A stretch of 60,103 bases of DNA, counting the filler. It is 3 parts of 3 records of this genome, joined end to end, with 100 filler letters (N's around TTAATTAATTAA, not from the genome) between each part and the next. Parts side by side here need not be neighbours in the genome. Positions count along the whole stretch, not along the records: positions 34,038 to 60,103 come from SRR22947727_1940; 2 more parts are not named here. One strand, written 5' to 3'. A program made the translations under genes and the position numbers. Positions within the stretch are counted from its first letter, which is position 1. Every line of letters starts with the position of its first letter. The notes under the pieces are model-generated. The model had not been told where the DNA came from, did no database searches, and saw only the letters and a list, made by a program, of their open reading frames with translations. Positions 54,592-60,103 of the stretch are shown piece after piece.

Positions 54592-55662
54592 TCAGGGCAA
54601 CTTCGGAATAAATGGCCCGCTGGATTTCGGCTTCACGGGCTCTTCCGGTTTGTTGGCGTTGTTCACTACCGCCATGACCAATCCGATGATTACGACGAGT
54701 GAAAGGAGAATCAAAATGATCACCCCTGTCGGGTTTGATTTCGGCGCTGGAATCGGTGGCGTTGCTCGCCGAGTCGTTGAAATCACCAGTTTTTTTCGAG
54801 CCGCTTTTTTCGCTGGTGTTGCGGATTTTTTCGCAGGAGCCGGAGTCTGCGCAATTTCTCGAAACGCATCTTTCAACTCCTGGATGATTTGGAATCGATT
54901 CGCGGGATCGGTTGCCATTGCTTTTGCGATCAGAGCATCGAAACGAATATCAAATCCGAGCGCAGAGGTGAGGGGAGATTCGGAACTGGGCAGCTTTTTC
55001 GTCAGCGTCTCGTAGGTTAAAACGCCCATCGAAAAAATATCGGCGCGCTGATCAATTTCAACGGTGGGATCAAAAACCTCGGGTGCCATGTAATCCGGTG
55101 TCCCCAGTTCGATGCCGCTATCAACTGAAGCGTGATCGACTTTTGCCAGACCAAAATCAGCGACTTTAACCATGCCTGTTTTATCGATCAGAATGTTTTC
55201 CGGTTTGATATCGCGGTGAACAATCCCGTTCGCATGGGCATAGGCGAGGGCATCACAGATCTGGCCAAGGTAGCTCATCTTGTGAGCGACAGAAGTTTCA
55301 GCGGTATGAATGATGTGATGCAAATCCGTGCCCTCCACGAATTCCATGCAAAAGAAAAGCAGCTCGCCGTCGGTTGTTTCGCCGTAGTCGAAAACACTCA
55401 CGATGTTGTTGTGAGTAAGCTTCGCCATCGCTTTGGCTTCGCCTTCGAATCGCGCCGCAAAATTCAGGTCGGCCCCGAATGTTTTCGGTAACACTTTGAT
55501 CGCAACATCACGATCCAGCTTGAGCTGAACACCACGATAGACCGCACCCATACCTCCTTGCCCGACGAGTTCTGTCACCGAATAATCGGTGAGCAGCGCA
55601 TCGAGTGCTTCGGGAGACGGTGGGGAAAAGTGAGATTCAGCAGTGGTTGTAGAGTCGTCCAC
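54592..55662 (-). CDS. Hanks-type Ser/Thr protein kinase with C-terminal TM helix
   Basis: GQGGMGAVY, VAIK, HRDIKPEN, DFG, GTPDYMAPE, ADIFSMG. Confidence 0.95.
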   Translation of the reverse strand: MDDSTTTAESHFSPPSPEALDALLTDYSVTELVGQGGMGAVYRGVQLKLDRDVAIKVLPKTFGADLNFAARFEGEAKAMAKLTHNNIVSVFDYGETTDGELLFFCMEFVEGTDLHHIIHTAETSVAHKMSYLGQICDALAYAHANGIVHRDIKPENILIDKTGMVKVADFGLAKVDHASVDSGIELGTPDYMAPEVFDPTVEIDQRADIFSMGVLTYETLTKKLPSSESPLTSALGFDIRFDALIAKAMATDPANRFQIIQELKDAFREIAQTPAPAKKSATPAKKAARKKLVISTTRRATPPIPAPKSNPTGVIILILLSLVVIIGLVMAVVNNANKPEEPVKPKSSGPFIPKLP

Positions 55663-55708
55663 AAGAGGTAGATACGATTATTCGGAGCGAGAGCCAATAA
55701 AAAATCCC

Positions 55709-57040
55709 TTACTTGGCTAATTCCTTGAGCAACGCGCGATTCAGCTTAATTCCCGCCTCAAAGTTGGTCACCGTAAAACTCTCGTTCGGGGCGTGAATTT
55801 GGCAGTCGGGTAACGCCAGCCCGAGCAAAAGCGTATCGACATCGAGGATGTCCTTGAACGCCTGAATGATCGGAATACTACCGCCTTCACGAATCAGGCG
55901 AGCGGCGTCATTGAAGGTTTCTTTCAGCGCAGTTTGAGCGGCTTTTCCGTATTTTGAATTCGGATCCATCACGTAAGCAGGACCGTCATGCCCAAGCTCA
56001 ACCTCGATGGTGCAAGAGTCCGGGCAAAGCGAATTTAAATAGTCCGAAGCCAGTTTCAAGATGTCGGCCGGGTCTTGATCGGCCACCAAACGGAAACTCA
56101 GTTTTGCCATCGCCTCACGTGGAATGACGGTCTTCGAGCCTTCGCCCTGATAACCGCCGCCGATGCCGTTGACCTCTGCCGTAGGCCTTCCCCAACGCTG
56201 TTCAAGCGCCGTGTAACCGGCTTCGCCCCACAGACCTTTGACCCCGGTTTCGTCGATTGTCGCCTGTTCGCCGTCGGGCAACTTCGCCCACATTTCGCGT
56301 TCCCAATCTTCAAGGGGAACCACTTTGTCGTAAAAACCGGGGATCAAAATCTTTCCGTTTTCGTCATGCAATTTCGAAACGATTTGAGCCGCAATCAGCG
56401 CCGGGTTCGGCACCGCACCGCCGTAAACGCCGGAGTGCAGATCAAGCGTCGGTCCGCGAACGATAAACTCAAGGCAGGCGATTCCGCGCAAACCGTAGGT
56501 CATGGTCGGAATGCCGGGCCCAATCATGCCTGTGTCAGAAACCGCGCAGATATCGCATTTCAGCTCGTCTTTATGCTCGCGCAAAAACGGAGCCAAATTC
56601 GGGCTGCCAATCTCCTCTTCGCCTTCCAGCAGGAAAATCACGTTCACCGGCAATTCGCCTTCTTCCTTGAGCGTTTCCTCAACTCCGAGAATGTGAGCAA
56701 AGTTCTGACCTTTGTTATCCGTCGCGCCACGGCAGAAAATTTTATCACCCACCAGCGTTGGCTCAAATGGCGGTGTGTCCCATTCTTCAACCGGGTCAAC
56801 CGGCTGAACATCGTAGTGACCGTAAATCAAAACAGTCAGGAGACCATCCTTCGATTCACTTTTCGCAACAATAACCGGATGACCCGGCGTCTCGTGCTTT
56901 TCTACGGAAAGCCCCATCGATGTGAATTTCGCCACCAGTGAATCCGCGCAGGCGTTCACATCGCTTTTGTGATTGGAATCCGTCGAAATGCTGGGAAATC
57001 GAAGGTAGTCGAAAAATTCGTCGAGTTGCTTTTGAGACAT
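55709..57040 (-). CDS. M20 family dipeptidase (CNDP/Dug1-like)
   Basis: YGHYDVQP, RGATDNKG, EGEEEIGS, DLHSG.YGG, GGSIP, IHAPNE. Confidence 0.93.
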   Translation of the reverse strand: MSQKQLDEFFDYLRFPSISTDSNHKSDVNACADSLVAKFTSMGLSVEKHETPGHPVIVAKSESKDGLLTVLIYGHYDVQPVDPVEEWDTPPFEPTLVGDKIFCRGATDNKGQNFAHILGVEETLKEEGELPVNVIFLLEGEEEIGSPNLAPFLREHKDELKCDICAVSDTGMIGPGIPTMTYGLRGIACLEFIVRGPTLDLHSGVYGGAVPNPALIAAQIVSKLHDENGKILIPGFYDKVVPLEDWEREMWAKLPDGEQATIDETGVKGLWGEAGYTALEQRWGRPTAEVNGIGGGYQGEGSKTVIPREAMAKLSFRLVADQDPADILKLASDYLNSLCPDSCTIEVELGHDGPAYVMDPNSKYGKAAQTALKETFNDAARLIREGGSIPIIQAFKDILDVDTLLLGLALPDCQIHAPNESFTVTNFEAGIKLNRALLKELAK

Positions 57041-57103
57041 TTCGGAAAGTAGGAGAATTCGAGCCGGATTCAATCGTGGAAATGTGTCATTGAACCGAAT
57101 TCG

Positions 57104-57622
57104 CTACAGACGATCGGGGAGGACAAAGGCCCAATTTGGTTCTTTTGGAAGAATTTTTTCCAGCTTGGTGAATATATCAATTTGAGTGAGGTCTGATCCT
57201 GCTTCAAAAAGAATGAAGGCCATTGAGTGTCCCAATAACGTTGCGGCTTTGCTGAATGATTGAATTCTTTTGCGGCTCTGGGATTCGGTTAGAATCTCAT
57301 CATTTAGCGAGAAAGCGTGATCGTTTGTCAGTCTAAGCACGAACATATCGACATTTATTGGGAATCGTTCGTAATCCCGAAATCTGACCGTCAGTAATTT
57401 CTCTCCATGCCGAAATTCGACTTCAACTTCATCCTGATTCTCCAATAAATTTCGAATCTCGTTCTCAGTTTCACTCCATTTGCGCTTCCGCTTTTCAGGC
57501 GCTCCAAGATCAATTACGATATCGGTGTTAGACGCATTCCTGAATTTGAACGACGGAAGAACCACGATGAAAAAGTATCCGAGAATCACGAGAGTCGAGA
57601 TTATTTTTCTTCGTTTGGACAT
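57104..57622 (-). CDS. Hypothetical bitopic membrane protein (weakly ExbD-like C-terminus)
   Basis: Basic N-terminus plus one TM; C-terminal pattern recalls the ExbD periplasmic domain. Confidence 0.55.
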   Translation of the reverse strand: MSKRRKIISTLVILGYFFIVVLPSFKFRNASNTDIVIDLGAPEKRKRKWSETENEIRNLLENQDEVEVEFRHGEKLLTVRFRDYERFPINVDMFVLRLTNDHAFSLNDEILTESQSRKRIQSFSKAATLLGHSMAFILFEAGSDLTQIDIFTKLEKILPKEPNWAFVLPDRL

Positions 57623-57645
57623 CGCTCGTGTTCTCTTTTACAATT

Positions 57646-58914
57646 TCACTGCATCCGCTTCCGAAACCACTTCGAGCCAACCATGCTACAATTCAACGGG
57701 GGAGGGATCGTTCGCGTGACTTCTTTTGGAATGCGGTTTTTCACAAAAAGCTCATTGCTCGCAGCCCATATTAAATCGCCAGCTCCAAGCTTTTCAGCGC
57801 CTTCGAGAAGGCCTTCGGCTTTGTCACCCGAAAGAAAATTTCCCTGGGCCGAAATCGATGTTGGCGCTTCGGTTCGATCTTTTCCTTTTCCCATCTCGCC
57901 ATCGAATTTGAAACAAGGGCCTTCGTTCGCGGCGAGTAAATTTGCCTCAATCGAAATCGAACGCGCCGTTTGATAGCCGTTCAGCTTTGGGTTTTTCGTG
58001 CCGGACATCAACGTGATCGCACCTCCCGAACGTCTCGTCGTGCCGATGATCGCGTTTCCGCGAATGACGTGATTTTTCCCATAAATCCGAATGCCACCGG
58101 TTTCTTTTTTATTCTTCCCGGCGATCAGATTCTTCTCAACGAGCGATCCGTCACCGTGCCGCAACGTGATCGTTCCCGCGCATTTTATCAGCGTATTCCC
58201 GCGGATCGTGACCTTGCCGGCCTTGATCGAAAGCGCCTCCATTTCCCCGTCGCAAGACTCGAATAAATTGCCCTCGATGACCGTTCCAGAATCCGATTCC
58301 GATTCATCACTCGTTCCGATTCGAATTGTCTCGAAGCCATTTCCGCTGGCGCCTTTCGGCCTCCCCAAAAAAAGGTTCCCCGCGATGACATGACTTTCAG
58401 CGCCTCCTTTTTGGCGCCACACTATCAAGGTCACGCTCCTGGATGTTTTGTTCATAAACGAACTCGCATCGACACGATGATTGGTGCCTTTCAGCGAAAC
58501 CCACTTGTCCTCTTTTTTCGAATCTTTCGGGTTGTAGGATTCGATCACGACTTCCGTGAGCCGACAGTGTTTCCCATCAACTTCGATCACGTATTTCTCA
58601 GGTGAAGCACCTTCTTTGAAATGAAAACCCGAGACGATTGCGAAATCGGTCCGCAAACGCAGAGCTGATTGTCCCGAGAAAATAACGCCTCCGGGAGTTT
58701 CGGCGCGAATGATAATGGGTGCTTCCGCCGTTCCGGCTCCGCTAAGCGATAAGTTGTGATTCGGGTAAATGCCGTCGCGCACGACAATGACGTCACCTGG
58801 TTTTGCCTCCGCAATCGCAGCCGGAAGTTCCGTTGCCGGAATTTGTCCGTCGGCCGTGCCGACGATAAATGCAACGCCACCCGCCAGAAATGTACTTTTC
58901 AAAAAATCTCTCAT
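57646..58914 (-). CDS. Polysaccharide lyase family 6 (chondroitinase B/alginate lyase beta-helix)
   Basis: A.PGD.I....G.Y, G....PI, NG.ETIRIG.S, GE.E..S.K, G...LRHG, GGIRI; signal peptide. Confidence 0.9.
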   Translation of the reverse strand: MRDFLKSTFLAGGVAFIVGTADGQIPATELPAAIAEAKPGDVIVVRDGIYPNHNLSLSGAGTAEAPIIIRAETPGGVIFSGQSALRLRTDFAIVSGFHFKEGASPEKYVIEVDGKHCRLTEVVIESYNPKDSKKEDKWVSLKGTNHRVDASSFMNKTSRSVTLIVWRQKGGAESHVIAGNLFLGRPKGASGNGFETIRIGTSDESESDSGTVIEGNLFESCDGEMEALSIKAGKVTIRGNTLIKCAGTITLRHGDGSLVEKNLIAGKNKKETGGIRIYGKNHVIRGNAIIGTTRRSGGAITLMSGTKNPKLNGYQTARSISIEANLLAANEGPCFKFDGEMGKGKDRTEAPTSISAQGNFLSGDKAEGLLEGAEKLGAGDLIWAASNELFVKNRIPKEVTRTIPPPLNCSMVGSKWFRKRMQ

Positions 58915-58933
58915 CGTTACCATCCTAATCATC

Positions 58934-59677
58934 ATGAACATGCCACGCCTCATCATCTCAATCATAGTTTTAGCCGTTTTTTTCGCGGTTTACGATATTT
59001 TAGTCCACCAAATAATGCTCGGGAAATTGTATGTAGCGACCGGAGATTCATGGCGCACCGAAGATGAAATGATGTCGCGGATATGGATTCTGTATGTGTG
59101 TTATATCCCGATTTCGATTGGCTTCACCACGGTTTGGGCTCTCGCGTTTCCCGTTAAAGGCGTGAAATGCGGGGCGATCTACGGGTTTTTGATTGGCCTC
59201 ATTTCTGTTGGTAGTTTGATAGGCATCAGCGCTTTTACTCCGATCCCAGATCAAGTCATTCTTCCGTGGATTGTGAGCGGCCTAGTCGGTTCAGCATTAG
59301 CTGGAGTGGTCGTTGCCGCCGTTTACAAACCGAAAGCTTATATGGCTGACGAACAAAATCTGTCCCATCGAGCTCGGCGCACCCGCTGGAACGGATGGGG
59401 AACCGCGATGGTCATTTCGGCAGCGATTGCTTTAATCGCACCGTTGTTTGGGCTTTTAGGAACCGTTTTTGGAATGGTGGGAGCTTTCGGCGAGCTTCAA
59501 GAGGGCGGTATGGGAGATCCCGAAGCGTTAGCTGGTGATGTCAGCACCGCCTTGGTTACCACTGCAGGTGGAATCGTTGTATCGGTTGTCGGAATTATTC
59601 TTGCGATCATTTTCCTCGTCCCGTTTTTGTTGAAGTTAGACAAAGACAAAAAAGCGGCATTTTCTGAAAGTTCATGA
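58934..59677 (+). CDS. Membrane protein: 4-TM domain fused to MotA/TolQ/ExbB-type helices
   Basis: C-terminal APLFGLLGTV.GM..AF ... LAG..S.AL.TTA.G proton-channel signature. Confidence 0.75.
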   Translation: MNMPRLIISIIVLAVFFAVYDILVHQIMLGKLYVATGDSWRTEDEMMSRIWILYVCYIPISIGFTTVWALAFPVKGVKCGAIYGFLIGLISVGSLIGISAFTPIPDQVILPWIVSGLVGSALAGVVVAAVYKPKAYMADEQNLSHRARRTRWNGWGTAMVISAAIALIAPLFGLLGTVFGMVGAFGELQEGGMGDPEALAGDVSTALVTTAGGIVVSVVGIILAIIFLVPFLLKLDKDKKAAFSESS

Positions 59678-59997
59678 TCAAAGAAGCTGACGCCGACGGC
59701 CCAAAGCGCTGGAATCAATGGGGAACCTTGATGATGATTTCCGCCGTCGCCATTGTGCTGTCTCCGATTTTTGGTGCAGGCATCAAATTGGTGAAACACT
59801 TCAAAAGTATCAGTGAAACTGGTGGTGGATCCTCTCCTGAGGTAGCAGGAGGAATCAGCAAGGCTCTAGAATTCACCGGCATCAGTTTCATCCTCACCTC
59901 AATCAGTGCCGGCGTGGCCCTCATCTGTTTACTGCTGTTTCTTCGACAGAAAAAATTGGACGAAAAAGCTTATCACGACGCAAAGAACGCGGAATAG
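59674..59997 (+). CDS. Small MotA/TolQ/ExbB-like two-helix protein, paralog of the preceding C-terminal domain
   Basis: RWNQWGT.M.ISA...L.P.FG and F..I...G....VAGGIS.AL..T. Confidence 0.7.
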   Translation: MIKEADADGPKRWNQWGTLMMISAVAIVLSPIFGAGIKLVKHFKSISETGGGSSPEVAGGISKALEFTGISFILTSISAGVALICLLLFLRQKKLDEKAYHDAKNAE

Positions 59998-60061
59998 CCG
60001 GAAGTGTTTGCGACTTTTGTGCTTTTTTGCGGCTATAAAATCAGCCAGCCGATTTGAGGTT

Positions 60062-60103
60062 GATTCACGAACCAATAGGGTTGATTCATCGAACATACCC
60101 TGT
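60062..60103. repeat. Second copy of the hairpin repeat (cut by window end)
   Basis: 32/42 nt identical to 42961-43002 by manual alignment. Confidence 0.65.

Noticed and set aside
56075-56941. 288-aa plus-strand ORF
   Set aside because: Antisense to the M20 dipeptidase.

Overview
The window is three unrelated contigs joined by artificial 100-bp spacers (N44-TTAATTAATTAA-N44 at 21659-21758 and 33938-34037). Contig 1 (1-21658) is Rhodobacteraceae/Roseobacter-type core genome: rpsI-rplM, trmFO, gluQ, hisI, a Hint-domain gene, recG-ligA-ctrA-sciP, mnmA, lpxB/I/A-fabZ-skp-bamA-rseP. Contig 2 (21759-33937) is also Roseobacter-type: soxBDA, urate/allantoin catabolism (allE, puuE-uraD fusion, uraH, puuD), the iolDCB-aldolase operon and partial topA. 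Contig 3 (34038-60103) looks verrucomicrobial or at least PVC (inferred from gene style): queH, pstSCAB-phoU/phoBR, sulfatase, ECF sigma/MerR pair, pyk, GDSL hydrolase, SHD1 protein, Ser/Thr kinase, M20 peptidases, PL6 lyase and ExbB/ExbD-like pieces. The best candidate novel system is a B12-independent class-III-LitR-like (CxC-x20-C) MerR regulator divergent from an ECF sigma with no adjacent anti-sigma. Between them lies an exact 11-bp-period TnnACA array of CarH-operator type, suggesting a light or oxidative-stress switch. Other notable items: a LexA-boxed small membrane protein after recG, a LigA with no zinc-finger cysteines, a perfect CtrA box before the Hint gene, reverse-oriented Pho boxes, a giant PstC, and a dispersed hairpin repeat. 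No rRNA, tRNA, CRISPR or IS element was recognised. All calls come from reading the sequence and recalled family motifs; no searches were run.
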